From assembly GCA_964356225.1 (NCBI GenBank), contig CAYHGA010000004.1:1-62856 (forward strand): 62,856 nucleotides of DNA. Direction: 5' to 3'. The position numbers and the translations under genes were made by a program. The notes under the pieces were generated by a model. That model was not told the DNA's origin. It worked only from the letters and a program-made list of their open reading frames with translations, and did not search any database. The DNA comes from an uncultured Gammaproteobacteria bacterium. Its GTDB lineage: Bacteria; Patescibacteriota; Microgenomatia; CAZETR01; Amesbacteraceae. Below are positions 36,432 through 50,453 of the stretch, piece by piece; the stretch's first letter is position 1; each line of letters opens with the position of its first letter.

Positions 36432-37385
36432 ATGAAAACAATTTGCGTTTTATTCAATAAACCGGAAAATATTTTTGACGAATCTGACTTGGACACGCAA
36501 AAATCTGCGGTGAGCATCGGAAGAGAATTAAGCGGAGTTGGTTATGATGTGCAGATTTTAGGAATTTCTCTTGATGAAATTGAAGAAGTGCGAAAAATTA
36601 AAGCGGATATCGTTTTTAATTTGGTGGAATGGACGGGAAAAAATATTGTCCAGGGAGTGAAAGTCATAAAGACGTTGGAAAAAATGCGGATACCTTTTGT
36701 GGGATCAGGAAGTTCCGGATTTTTATTGTCGTCAAATAAAGTGCTGATGAAAAAAGAGATGAAGAAAAATAATATCCGCACTCCCGAATTAAAATTCCCG
36801 GCAATTGTAAAACCTGCTTATGAACATTGTGGAATTGGCATTACGCAGAAGAGCATTGTTTATGACAGCAAAGAGTTGAGAGTTATGAGTTATGAGTTAA
36901 GAAAGAAATATAATCAACCCGTAATAGCTGAAGAGTTTATTGATGGGCGGGAATTGCAGGTGACAATTTTGGAGAAAAACGGCCGGCCGTGGGTGTTGCC
37001 GGCGGCGGAAGTGGTTTTCGACAAACCAAGAGCTGTTTTGTCTTATGAAATGAAGTGGGTGGAAAAATCGCCGGAGTATAGTGAGTCTCACATGGAAGCG
37101 GCTGACTTAAGTTCAAAACTCAAAACTCAAATTTCAAAACTGGCCCAAAAATGCTATTTAAAATTAGGAGGGAGGGATTATCCCCGACTGGATTTGCGGG
37201 TACGGGGCGGGGAAATATATGTGCTGGAGATTAACAATAATCCTGGGTTGGACTGGGATTTGGATTCGGGCATGGGAGTGTCGGCGCGGCTGGCCGGATT
37301 TAAAACTTACGGAGAATTGCTCACACATATAGTGGAAAACGCTTATTCCCGATTTGTAAGTAAACATGACGCCAGTTTCCTTTGA
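36432..37385 (+). CDS. D-Ala-D-Ala ligase-like ATP-grasp protein A
   Basis: VFNLVE, IVKPAYEHCGIGI, EEFIDGRE, RLDLR and LEINNNPGL motifs. Confidence 0.85.
   Translation: MKTICVLFNKPENIFDESDLDTQKSAVSIGRELSGVGYDVQILGISLDEIEEVRKIKADIVFNLVEWTGKNIVQGVKVIKTLEKMRIPFVGSGSSGFLLSSNKVLMKKEMKKNNIRTPELKFPAIVKPAYEHCGIGITQKSIVYDSKELRVMSYELRKKYNQPVIAEEFIDGRELQVTILEKNGRPWVLPAAEVVFDKPRAVLSYEMKWVEKSPEYSESHMEAADLSSKLKTQISKLAQKCYLKLGGRDYPRLDLRVRGGEIYVLEINNNPGLDWDLDSGMGVSARLAGFKTYGELLTHIVENAYSRFVSKHDASFL
36873..36900 (+). repeat. Heptamer tandem repeat inside ATP-grasp A
   Basis: gagttga gagttat gagttat gagttaa; encodes ELRVMSYELR. Confidence 0.8.
37113..37140 (+). repeat. Heptamer tandem repeat inside ATP-grasp A
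   Basis: tcaaaac tcaaaac tcaaatt tcaaaac; same unit as 704..731. Confidence 0.8.
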
Positions 37386-38424
37386 TTACCCGATCAGCGT
37401 TGCCATTTTGTATTATGGAGGCGAAGCCGAGGATTTGAAGGACGCAGAGAATGCGGCCCGGGGGCTGGCGGAAGCTTTGGAAGAGCGGGGGCACATGGTA
37501 AGGCTGATGCAGGTAACGAAAAAGAATTGGCGCAAGGCAGTGAGACTGCCCGGACAGGTAGTATTTAATTTCGTGGAGGATGAAACATGGGAACTGTACA
37601 CCAAAGTGGGATTGCGGCTGGAAGCACTGGGGCGGGCGCAAATGGGCCATGATATGCGCTGTTTTAAATATATAACTAAAAAAGCCCGAGTGAAAAGAAA
37701 GATGAGACGCTGGGGAATTGCGACGGCGGATTTCAGAATTTTTAACCGCCGGTCAAAAATTTCTCAGGTGCGGGGATTGGAATATCCGTTGATGGTGAAG
37801 CCTTCGGGGCAACATGCCGGAATCGGTATTTCCCAGGATTCGGTGGTAATTGATCAGGACGAGCTCAAAGAGCGAGTCAAATTCTTGTTTAAACATTTTC
37901 CGGGCGAAGTGATAGCTGAAGAATTTATAGAGGGTCGGGAGATTCATGTGACGGTTATCGGTAATGGGAGAAAAGCGGTAGTACTCCCCTATTGCGAAAT
38001 CTTCTTTGGCGGAGAGTTTGCGGATAATTGGGATGTATATACATATGAAGCCAAGTGGGATGAAAAATCATGGGAATATTGGGGGGCGCGGGCGCATGCA
38101 CCGGCCAAGATGGACCGGAAATTGAACAGGCGGATTGAGAGGCTAACCCTGGCGGCTTACCGGGTTTTTGGCTGCCGGGATGTAGCCCGGATGGATATGC
38201 GGGTGGATACGCGGGGACGGGCTTATATTGTGGATATAAATATGAATCCTAGCCTGAATTATTACGACACCCAGGACGCGACTGTAAAGTCGGTGGAAGC
38301 ACAAGGATGGACGTACGGCGAGTTTATAGAGACACTAGTAGCCATTACTTATAAGAGAGTGTACGGACGATTGCCAGACCGGGTGCGGGAAAGGCAGTTT
38401 TTGCTGGCAGCGCCGCAGATTTAA
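37366..38424 (+). CDS. D-Ala-D-Ala ligase-like ATP-grasp protein B
   Basis: VFNFVE, MVKPSGQHAGIGI, EEFIEGRE, YTYEAKW, RMDMR and DINMNPSL motifs. Confidence 0.85.
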   Translation: MTPVSFDYPISVAILYYGGEAEDLKDAENAARGLAEALEERGHMVRLMQVTKKNWRKAVRLPGQVVFNFVEDETWELYTKVGLRLEALGRAQMGHDMRCFKYITKKARVKRKMRRWGIATADFRIFNRRSKISQVRGLEYPLMVKPSGQHAGIGISQDSVVIDQDELKERVKFLFKHFPGEVIAEEFIEGREIHVTVIGNGRKAVVLPYCEIFFGGEFADNWDVYTYEAKWDEKSWEYWGARAHAPAKMDRKLNRRIERLTLAAYRVFGCRDVARMDMRVDTRGRAYIVDINMNPSLNYYDTQDATVKSVEAQGWTYGEFIETLVAITYKRVYGRLPDRVRERQFLLAAPQI

Positions 38425-38993
38425 GCTAAGAAGAGCTTAGCGGTGGAGATTTTGAATTGGGGCAGGTGTTTAGGGTCTTTGGCCAAGACAAACATCAGGC
38501 GGTTGTTCCAGCTTTTGATGAGTTTACCGCTGCGTCTTTTGAATTCAAAATCACACCAGCGGCAGAGAAAATCTTTCCAGTCATATGATTTTTTAGTGCC
38601 GGTAGAGGAGTCAAAGAGAACGATGCGCCGGTTGCTGGCTGAATAGGAGGCTACGGCTGCGTAGTGGCCGGATTCTTCATGGGGACTGAAATCGGCTTTG
38701 AGGTCGTAGAGGTAGTCGACGATAACGGCCCGGGGCTTGAGAGATTGGTGTTTGAGGGCGTTTTGGAGGTGAGTGAGAGTGGTCCATTCGACTGCCAAAA
38801 CTGAAACGCCCAAGCTATTGGCAGCGCGAATTAGTTTTGCGGGAGAGGTGCCGTTGCGGTTGGTTTTGCACAACTTGATCAAATCCCCTAGTGATTTGCG
38901 CATACCCAAAATTTCCAGAGCGGTTTTGAGAGAGGTTGGACCACAAGTGCGGTCGTCGGGTTGGAGGTGTGTTTTAGCCTTGCTTCTGCCCAT
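38421..38993 (-). CDS. Stand-alone C39-family cysteine peptidase
   Basis: Q...TCGPTSL, GHY and FDSS catalytic set. Confidence 0.8.
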   Translation of the reverse strand: MGRSKAKTHLQPDDRTCGPTSLKTALEILGMRKSLGDLIKLCKTNRNGTSPAKLIRAANSLGVSVLAVEWTTLTHLQNALKHQSLKPRAVIVDYLYDLKADFSPHEESGHYAAVASYSASNRRIVLFDSSTGTKKSYDWKDFLCRWCDFEFKRRSGKLIKSWNNRLMFVLAKDPKHLPQFKISTAKLFLA

Positions 38994-39023
38994 AGGAGGC
39001 TATTTTACTCCTAAAACCGGCTT

Positions 39024-39731
39024 TTATCTAGTTTCGTAGAAGAGGGTGACGGAGGTGGAAATGTCGGTGGAGCCGGGCTGGATATTGGTTTTGGGGGCGC
39101 TATCGACGACGGCCATCATACCGATCATGGGTCGGGGAAAATTATTGGCGTTTTCCTGAATATTTACAATTTTACCTAAGGTGATGCCGGCGGCATTGGC
39201 CAGTGACTCGGCTTTGGTTTTGGCGTCTTTGACTGCCAGCTCGCGGGCTTGTTGTAACAATTGTTTTTGCTTGGTATCGTCGACTGTTAATTGAATTCCG
39301 CCTATGGTGTTGGCACCTTTGGCGGTGGCGATATCGATAACCTGATTTACTTTGTCAAGCTCCCGGACGGTGACGGTGAGACTGGCATTAACTTGGTAAC
39401 CGGTGATGCGATCGTTGTATTGAGGATATATAGAGTAATTGCTAGTTTGGATGTCTTTGGCGTCAATGCCCAGGGTTTTGAGAGATTTGGTGATTTCGGA
39501 GATGACAGAATTGACTTGGTCCTGAGCGGCTTTGACAGTAGGCTTATTCAAAGTAATGCCTAAGGAGACGATGGCGGTATCCGGTACGACGGTAACTTTC
39601 CCCTCTCCTGTTACTGTGAAGAAGTCATTTTTTTGGGATACTACGGAAGAAATGGGGATACTGGGGCCCCATTTGGCGAAAGCAAAAACCGCCACAAAAA
39701 TCAAAAATATTTTAACCCACCACGAATTCAT
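39024..39731 (-). CDS. SIMPL (DUF541) domain protein
   Basis: VTGEGKVTVVPDTA, DIQTSNYSIYP and A.KDAKTKA..LA...GITLGKI motifs. Confidence 0.88.
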   Translation of the reverse strand: MNSWWVKIFLIFVAVFAFAKWGPSIPISSVVSQKNDFFTVTGEGKVTVVPDTAIVSLGITLNKPTVKAAQDQVNSVISEITKSLKTLGIDAKDIQTSNYSIYPQYNDRITGYQVNASLTVTVRELDKVNQVIDIATAKGANTIGGIQLTVDDTKQKQLLQQARELAVKDAKTKAESLANAAGITLGKIVNIQENANNFPRPMIGMMAVVDSAPKTNIQPGSTDISTSVTLFYETR

Positions 39732-39735
39732 GCAT

Positions 39736-39990
39736 CTATGATACCACAGCCCGGATTGGTTTCTCTAGTCTGGTGACTCTCACATTGAGAGTGTCAAACT
39801 TTTTATCTTGCTGATCAAAACGTTTATTGAGAGTCTTGAATTCTACTTTTATGAGTTTGAACTGATCATCATGTGATCGTTGCTTGGATTTAATAACACT
39901 GAAATCCCATTCCATTTTATCTACACTATCGCGGAGAAGTTTTAGCTGATCATTTGTTGGAAGTTTGGCAGAATCTTTGTGCGGGGGCAT
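39736..39990 (-). CDS. Small coiled-coil hypothetical protein
   Basis: 84-aa ORF co-directional between gyrA and the SIMPL gene. Confidence 0.5.
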   Translation of the reverse strand: MPPHKDSAKLPTNDQLKLLRDSVDKMEWDFSVIKSKQRSHDDQFKLIKVEFKTLNKRFDQQDKKFDTLNVRVTRLEKPIRAVVS

Positions 39991-40034
39991 ACGGAGATAG
40001 TAACATGAAGTTTACAGGGGATGTTCAACATGGG

Positions 40035-42518
40035 TTACTTGTCAATATTTGTCTCTTTTTCAATACAGGTGACGGAGGCCACGGAGTCGCCTTTGTGGGC
40101 AAAGCGCATTAAAATTACGCCTTGAGTGGCCCGGCCTAAACGGGGGATGTTTCGTAGAGGCAGCTTAATAACTTGGGCGGATTTGGAGGTCAAAATAATT
40201 TGTTCGACAGATTCGTCGATAGAAATGCAGGAAACGATTTTGCCGGTTTTGATCGTCACTTCGGCGGCTTTGACGCCTTGACCGCCGCGTTTTTGCAGGG
40301 GCCACTCTTTGACGCCGGTTCTTTTTCCTAGACCATGTTCCATGACAATTAACACATCTTCAAAAGTTTTGCGGCGTTTGTCGGTGGGGGCGGATTTGGT
40401 GGAAGGGAATACTTCCATGCCGACCACATAATCTCCGGATTTAAGCTCGATCCCCCTAACCCCCATAGTGTCGCGGGCAGTGGCGCGGACGTCAACTTCA
40501 TTGAATCTAATAGATTTACTTTCGTATGAAACGAGAAGAACATGGTCGGATCCGGTAGTGGGTTTGACCCATTTGAGGGAATCGCCCTTGTCTAATTTGA
40601 TGGCGATTTTGCCGGATTGGCGGATAGATTCAAATTCGGAAATTTTGGTTTTTTTGATGGTGCCTTGATTGGTAACCATGAGCAGGAACTTGGCCCCGTC
40701 GTCTTTGCCTAGGGGCAAAACCGTTTCCAACATTTCGTCCTGCTCGATATTGATGAGATTGACGACGGCCTGGCCTTTGGCTTGGCGGGAGCTTTCGGGG
40801 ATGTCATAGGCTTTAATACGAAAAATCCGGCCGCGGTTGGTAAAGAAATAGACGCTGTCGTGAGTATTGGCAGTGAGAATTTGGGCTACTTCGTCTTCTT
40901 CTTTGGTGGTCATGCCGGTAACGCCTTTGCCGCCGCGGTGTTGGGCCCGGAAGGCCGACGGAGCCTGACGTTTGATATATCCGGTAGCAGTAATGGTAAT
41001 CACTGTGTCTTCGGAAGGGATAAGATCTTCTTCTGAAAATTCCCCTATCCCCTGCTTGTAAACCCGGGTGCGGCGGGCATCCCCGAATTTTTCTTCCAAC
41101 TCGGAGAGCTCTTTTTTAATGACGGTGAGAATTTTGGCGGGATGAGCCAAGAGATCTTCAAGAAAGGAGATAAGTTCTTTGACGGCCTTGTATTCATCTT
41201 CGATTTTTTTGCGTTCAAGAGCCGCCAGGCGGCGGAGTTGCATATCCAGAATAGCTACCGCCTGGAGTTCGGAGAGCTTAAACCTGTCTATAAGATTTTT
41301 CTTGGCCTGGTCGGAATCTTTGGACTCACGGATGGTTTTGATGACGGCATCCAGGTGGTTCAGGGCGATGACTAAGCCTTCTAAAATATGGGCCCGGGCG
41401 CGGGCGACCTTGAGATCATATTGGGTGCGGCGGGTAATGACGGTTTGACGGTGGCGGATGTATTCGGCCAAAATTTGCTTGAGGGATAAAGTTTGAGGAG
41501 TACCGTCGACTAATGCCACAAAATTAGCGGGGAAAGAAGTTTGCAGAGCGGTGTGTTTGTAGAGATTATTGAGCAGGGATTTGGGCTTGGCATCGCGCTT
41601 AAGTTCAATAACCACACGCATACCGGTGCGGTCGGATTCGTCTCTCAGATCAGAAATGCCGTCTATCTTTTTTTGGTGCACCAGATCGGCGATGCGGGCT
41701 ACCATTTCGGCTTTGTTGACTTGGTAAGGGATTTCGGTAATGACAATCTGGGACTTGCCGGACCTGCTTTCTTCAATTTCGGCTTTACCGCGGACGATAA
41801 TTTTTCCCCGGCCGGTGGTGTACATTTCGGCAATGGCCCGGGCGTCGTAAATAGCGCCGTAGGTGGGGAAATCCGGGCCTTTGACAAACTGCATCAAGTC
41901 GGCGACTTCGGCTTCGGGGTGATCGATAAGATAGGAAATAGCGTCAACGATTTCCGACAAATTATGGGGGGGGATTTTGGTGGCCATACCTACAGCGATC
42001 CCGTCCGAACCCATGAGCAATAAATTAGGAAGTTTGGCGGGCAAAAAGTCTGGTTCTTTGAGAGTGGCGTCGAAATTGTCGGTCATGGAGACGGTTTCTT
42101 TTTCGATATCGAACATCAGCTCCTCGGAAATTTTGGAAAGTTTGGCTTCGGTATAACGCATGGCAGCCGGAGAGTCGCCGTCGACGGAACCGAAGTTGCC
42201 CTGACCGTCGACAAGTGGGTAACGCATGGAGAAATCCTGGGCCAGGCGGACCAGGGCGTCGTAAACCGGCATATCTCCGTGAGGATGATATTTGCCTAAA
42301 ACTTCTCCGACTATTTTGGCACTCTTGGTGTGTTTGGAAGAGGCCTTGAGGCCCATGTCCCACATGGCGTACAAAATACGTCTGTGGACAGGTTTTAAGC
42401 CGTCGCGGACGTCGGGAAGGGCCCGGGCGACGATGACGGACATAGCGTAATCCAGAAAGTTTTTCTGCATTTCCGTGGTGATTTCCACGAGCTGAATTTT
42501 GCCAATATTTGCGTCCAT
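40035..42518 (-). CDS. gyrA: DNA gyrase subunit A
   Basis: [29 protein letters not shown] and GyrA-box QHRGGKG. Confidence 0.97.
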   Translation of the reverse strand: MDANIGKIQLVEITTEMQKNFLDYAMSVIVARALPDVRDGLKPVHRRILYAMWDMGLKASSKHTKSAKIVGEVLGKYHPHGDMPVYDALVRLAQDFSMRYPLVDGQGNFGSVDGDSPAAMRYTEAKLSKISEELMFDIEKETVSMTDNFDATLKEPDFLPAKLPNLLLMGSDGIAVGMATKIPPHNLSEIVDAISYLIDHPEAEVADLMQFVKGPDFPTYGAIYDARAIAEMYTTGRGKIIVRGKAEIEESRSGKSQIVITEIPYQVNKAEMVARIADLVHQKKIDGISDLRDESDRTGMRVVIELKRDAKPKSLLNNLYKHTALQTSFPANFVALVDGTPQTLSLKQILAEYIRHRQTVITRRTQYDLKVARARAHILEGLVIALNHLDAVIKTIRESKDSDQAKKNLIDRFKLSELQAVAILDMQLRRLAALERKKIEDEYKAVKELISFLEDLLAHPAKILTVIKKELSELEEKFGDARRTRVYKQGIGEFSEEDLIPSEDTVITITATGYIKRQAPSAFRAQHRGGKGVTGMTTKEEDEVAQILTANTHDSVYFFTNRGRIFRIKAYDIPESSRQAKGQAVVNLINIEQDEMLETVLPLGKDDGAKFLLMVTNQGTIKKTKISEFESIRQSGKIAIKLDKGDSLKWVKPTTGSDHVLLVSYESKSIRFNEVDVRATARDTMGVRGIELKSGDYVVGMEVFPSTKSAPTDKRRKTFEDVLIVMEHGLGKRTGVKEWPLQKRGGQGVKAAEVTIKTGKIVSCISIDESVEQIILTSKSAQVIKLPLRNIPRLGRATQGVILMRFAHKGDSVASVTCIEKETNIDK

Positions 42519-42574
42519 TTTAGTGTCCTAATCTTAACCTTTCATAGCCTTGGAAGCAAGGGGAAACGAGGCAA

Positions 42575-44599
<2,025 letters not shown>

Positions 44600-44656
44600 A
44601 GTAACAAAAAGTTGCCGAGTTTCAAGCAACTGGGCTTATTTTATATCAGCTCCTGC

Positions 44657-46588
<1,932 letters not shown>

Positions 46589-46763
46589 TTACCAACTTGT
46601 GAGCTTCACATCAAGGCCAAAAACGTACTCCTCTCCTGTATCCCCTCCCCTAAATACAATGGCTACGCTGGAGGGAAGGGGAACGAAAAAAGGTGAAAGA
46701 CTGCATGATCGTCGAACCTTAACTAATTATATTTAATCAGTACTTTGTGGCTACAGGTTATAA

Positions 46764-47657
46764 TTGATACAAATGCTAGATTTCGATAACATAAGCGTTG
46801 TTTTTATAACCCTTGACTCTTGCACTCTTGAGACTGCCCTAAAAGCTCAGACTACTAATCTAAATAAAATATCGCCCACCCTTGAGGGGGAAGCAAACTC
46901 TACATTTACTTATCCGGCTCATTATGCATTTTTTGCTGGCCATCTACCTAGACTCGTAAGCGAACGATATTATTTTGAGAGTTACACAAATATCTGGCGA
47001 TCAACTTTGGCTAGTGAACATAGTAATGAAACAATGTTAACTTTTGATACTAAAAACATAATAGATTATTATACAAATCTTGGTTTTAACGTTCGAGGTT
47101 ACGGCGGGGTGAGTTTCTTTGATACTTATAAGCGGAACAACAGTTTGCCTACTCTGTTTAGCAACTTTAGGTACTTTGGCTTGGAAAAAAATCCTCCTAT
47201 TAATGAAAGAGTACCAAGATTAGCATCATCTTTTCCGTTGAACAATATCAATGAAATACTTAATGACATCAACATTAATAAACCATTTTTTATTTTTATT
47301 AATTCTATTGCTACTCATATCCCATACGACACACCAGATTCTGTTTTACCAAAAGATTACTCAAACCTTGTTTCACGATTATACAAGGAGCACTATTCAA
47401 AACAAAGGCATCAATCGAACAAAATTCCCTTTTCTAAAGTTGAAGTGGAAATTTTTAAGAAACGTCAGGTGGAAGCACTAGAATGGGCGGACACTAAAAT
47501 TGGACTACTAATAAATGGGCTTCCTAAAAATAGACCAGTGCTTTTTCTGGCGTGTTCAGATCACGGCGAAGAGTTCGGCGAGGGTGGCCGGTTCGGTCAT
47601 GCACACTACCACCCAACAGTTATGAAAGTTCCACTTTGGTGTGGTTTAGTTAAATAA
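46764..47657 (+). CDS. Alkaline phosphatase/sulfatase-superfamily hydrolase (STM4013-like)
   Basis: FITLDS, TFTYPAHYAFFAG, GGVSFF, THIPY and SDHGEEFGEGGRFGH motifs. Confidence 0.8.
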   Translation: MIQMLDFDNISVVFITLDSCTLETALKAQTTNLNKISPTLEGEANSTFTYPAHYAFFAGHLPRLVSERYYFESYTNIWRSTLASEHSNETMLTFDTKNIIDYYTNLGFNVRGYGGVSFFDTYKRNNSLPTLFSNFRYFGLEKNPPINERVPRLASSFPLNNINEILNDININKPFFIFINSIATHIPYDTPDSVLPKDYSNLVSRLYKEHYSKQRHQSNKIPFSKVEVEIFKKRQVEALEWADTKIGLLINGLPKNRPVLFLACSDHGEEFGEGGRFGHAHYHPTVMKVPLWCGLVK

Positions 47658-47791
47658 CCTTTCCTTCGAAATATGACTATAGGACTATGTTATAATAATG
47701 TACATATATGAACGCACCTATAGCAAAATTGGTTGATCGTACTTTAAGATCGATTATGTTTCAACACTGAACGTGATATAAAACAAGCAAT

Positions 47792-49039
47792 ATGAGTACT
47801 AAAATTAAATTAATACAAACAATAAAGTCTCCTGATAATGACCCCATTGAGATTGTGGAAAGAAAAGGGTTAGGCCACCCAGATACGTTAGCTGATGGAA
47901 TTGCAGAATCTATTTCCATAGAATTTTCTAAGTTCACTCTAAAAAAATATGGCGCAATTCTCAATCATTGGGTAGATAAGGTTTTAATTACAGGTGCGCA
48001 AGGAGAAATCGATTTTGGTAAGGGAGTCCTAAGGAGTAAAATTCAGATTTACATATTCGGAAAAATGTCTAAGTCGTTCGCTGGAGAAAATATAGATATT
48101 AAACCTATTTGCAAAAAAGCAATAATAAATTTCCTTAGCGAAGCATTACCAACTCTAAACCTCGAACGAGACGTTCAAATAAATTTCACACAAAATGACT
48201 ATTCCAAAAACCCATATTGGATGAATCCGAGAAACCTAGGCGACCTGCCTAATAGAACAGATCCTAGATCAAATGATAGTTCCGTCTCGATCGCATATTG
48301 GCCCCTATCAAAAATGGAGCGGTTAGTTCTTGAAATCGAAAAATATTTTTACGATTTTAAACTAAGACCGAGATTTAGATATATAGGACAAGATATAAAA
48401 ATTCTACTCGTTAGGAATGATTGGAAAGTTGACATCACCTTATGTGTACCGTTTATTGCAAATGACTGTCCGAGTGAAGCCTTTTATTTAAGAAAAATGT
48501 CTGAAATAAAATTTGGTTTAATAAATAAAACCGAATCCTTTTTAGGAAGTAAGTACAAAACGCATATTGATATAAACAACGCGGATAAAATGCCTAAATT
48601 AAAGAGAACAAAAAGAAAGGGATACTATATGTTAGTGTCGGGAAGTTCTTTAGACGATGGAGAAGTGGGAGTTGTAGGGAGAGGTAATCCTGCAACAGGG
48701 GTAATCTCATCATATCGAATCCATAGCGTTGAAGCGCCTTATGGGAAAAATCCCGTGTACCACGCTGGTAAGGTCTATCACTATTTATCACAAAAAATTG
48801 CACGAAAAGTATCCAATTTATATAACGCTAATACCACAGTGATAATTGCAAGCAAGATGGGAGACAAAATTATAAACCCTGCAAATATAATAATCGAGAT
48901 CAACAAGAAGTTTGATAAACAAAAGGTTAAAGAATTGGTCTTAGATGTGTTAAGAGGTTCTGACTGGGCACGCGAGATTATTACAAGTAGATATTTTATT
49001 CCTAAACCTGGTGGTGCAGATAATTATGGAGGGACTTGA
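47792..49039 (+). CDS. Archaeal-type S-adenosylmethionine synthetase
   Basis: IEIVERKGLGHPDTLAD, NDSS, GQDIK, VGRGN and EAPYGKNPVYHAGK motifs. Confidence 0.88.
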   Translation: MSTKIKLIQTIKSPDNDPIEIVERKGLGHPDTLADGIAESISIEFSKFTLKKYGAILNHWVDKVLITGAQGEIDFGKGVLRSKIQIYIFGKMSKSFAGENIDIKPICKKAIINFLSEALPTLNLERDVQINFTQNDYSKNPYWMNPRNLGDLPNRTDPRSNDSSVSIAYWPLSKMERLVLEIEKYFYDFKLRPRFRYIGQDIKILLVRNDWKVDITLCVPFIANDCPSEAFYLRKMSEIKFGLINKTESFLGSKYKTHIDINNADKMPKLKRTKRKGYYMLVSGSSLDDGEVGVVGRGNPATGVISSYRIHSVEAPYGKNPVYHAGKVYHYLSQKIARKVSNLYNANTTVIIASKMGDKIINPANIIIEINKKFDKQKVKELVLDVLRGSDWAREIITSRYFIPKPGGADNYGGT

Positions 49040-50453
49040 AAAAGAAGCCAGAATCGCAACAAGAGTCGCTGTGTCGCCAACTAATAAAGACATGAAACTA
49101 GGCGCATACAGAACGTGCGCTTACTCTTATTTAATCGCTTTAGCAAGTAAAAATAAAGGAGAAGACTCATTTTGCGTTTTACGTTGTGATGATTCTGACC
49201 CAGTAAAACATAAAAAAGAAAACTTTGTGTCTTTACAAAATGTTTTTACTAACGAAATGGGTATGGCTTTTGAAGCCACTCCTCAAGATGAGCAAGTAGG
49301 ATTGGTTAAATTTATTCAAGCAAAAAAGCTTCCAACGAATGAATTTTTATCGACTTCGCGCGCGACGTCTCTCTACCAATCTGAAAGAACATTAATTTAC
49401 CAACATTTTGTGGAGAAACTTTTGTCGAATGGGCTTGCATTAAAAGGAGGCGACGGGTCGATCCTTTTCGATGTAAGACAATATATAGAGTTATTTGGAT
49501 CACAAATTGTCCTATCAGATCTTGTTTGGGGTAAAAGAGCTATAGATTTAATCAAGTTAACAGATTTTGGTTCTATTAGCAGGAAAAATGACAACTCCAA
49601 ATTTTATTTAATTTTTCCGAATGGACGTGTGCTTTTCCATCTTGCAGCTGTTGTCGATGACCACACGTGGGGAATTACACACATTGTTAGAGGAGTCGAT
49701 TTAAAGCCTGCACAATTATACCAGGACATGTTAAGAAGGGCGTTAGGTTTTGGTGATGTAGATTATATATATACTCCAATGCTAAAAGGTGACACCTCAA
49801 CTAGATATTTTGAATTAATTAAACACGGTTTTCCTGCCGGAGCTCTTATTTCATATATGATTTCTTCAGGTTATGATGATCCGGATAGGTTATATTCTGG
49901 GCTTGATGAAGCGGCCAATGGTTTTGATCTAACCAAAATCCATCGTTCAAATTCTGATTTTAGTATAGGAAAATTAGAATCAATAACCAAAAAACTCGCA
50001 AATAAAGACTCGGTTGATCCAAAGCGCACTCGAAGTTCTTTAGTTAGATACTTCAAGATTTTGGGTGAGGATCAGTTAGCCGAAGAAATATCAAACAATA
50101 TTCCTTTCTGGAATTTAATACATAATGAAAGAAGAACTCTTGCTGAACTTGCAGATTATGTAAAACGAACGGTGTCGCCTAATTATACAACTGAAAATGG
50201 CATTATCTTAGCAAGAATTAGGGAATTGTGTAAAACCCTAGTTATCAAAGCTGAAAACTTGACTACTGACAACCCAGGGAATTTTGTCACCGAGTTAAAT
50301 TTGCCCAAGGAAGACATTTCTTTTATCAGGTGGATACTTCTTGGCAGAATGAGTGGTATTAATCCAATTTATGCATTACAATACTTGGTTGAGAAGGGGT
50401 TGTTGAAGACAAGGGTGGATGCTTGTGTTAATTATATAGATAGTGTAAAATGA
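49011..50453 (+). CDS. Divergent glutamyl-tRNA synthetase-like protein (HIGH and KMSKS motifs degenerate)
   Basis: TRVAVSPT, LRCDDSD, YQSER, HLAAVVDD..WGITHIVRG; HIGH position reads MKLG; no KLSKR. Confidence 0.8.
   Translation: MVQIIMEGLEKEARIATRVAVSPTNKDMKLGAYRTCAYSYLIALASKNKGEDSFCVLRCDDSDPVKHKKENFVSLQNVFTNEMGMAFEATPQDEQVGLVKFIQAKKLPTNEFLSTSRATSLYQSERTLIYQHFVEKLLSNGLALKGGDGSILFDVRQYIELFGSQIVLSDLVWGKRAIDLIKLTDFGSISRKNDNSKFYLIFPNGRVLFHLAAVVDDHTWGITHIVRGVDLKPAQLYQDMLRRALGFGDVDYIYTPMLKGDTSTRYFELIKHGFPAGALISYMISSGYDDPDRLYSGLDEAANGFDLTKIHRSNSDFSIGKLESITKKLANKDSVDPKRTRSSLVRYFKILGEDQLAEEISNNIPFWNLIHNERRTLAELADYVKRTVSPNYTTENGIILARIRELCKTLVIKAENLTTDNPGNFVTELNLPKEDISFIRWILLGRMSGINPIYALQYLVEKGLLKTRVDACVNYIDSVK

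Noticed and set aside
46620-46740. Purine/pyrimidine-rich hairpin (CCCCTCCC...GGGAAGGGG) at the left edge of the SAM synthetase/GluRS-like cluster
   Set aside because: No matching copy at the right edge and no RNA family recognised; insufficient to call an att site or ncRNA.
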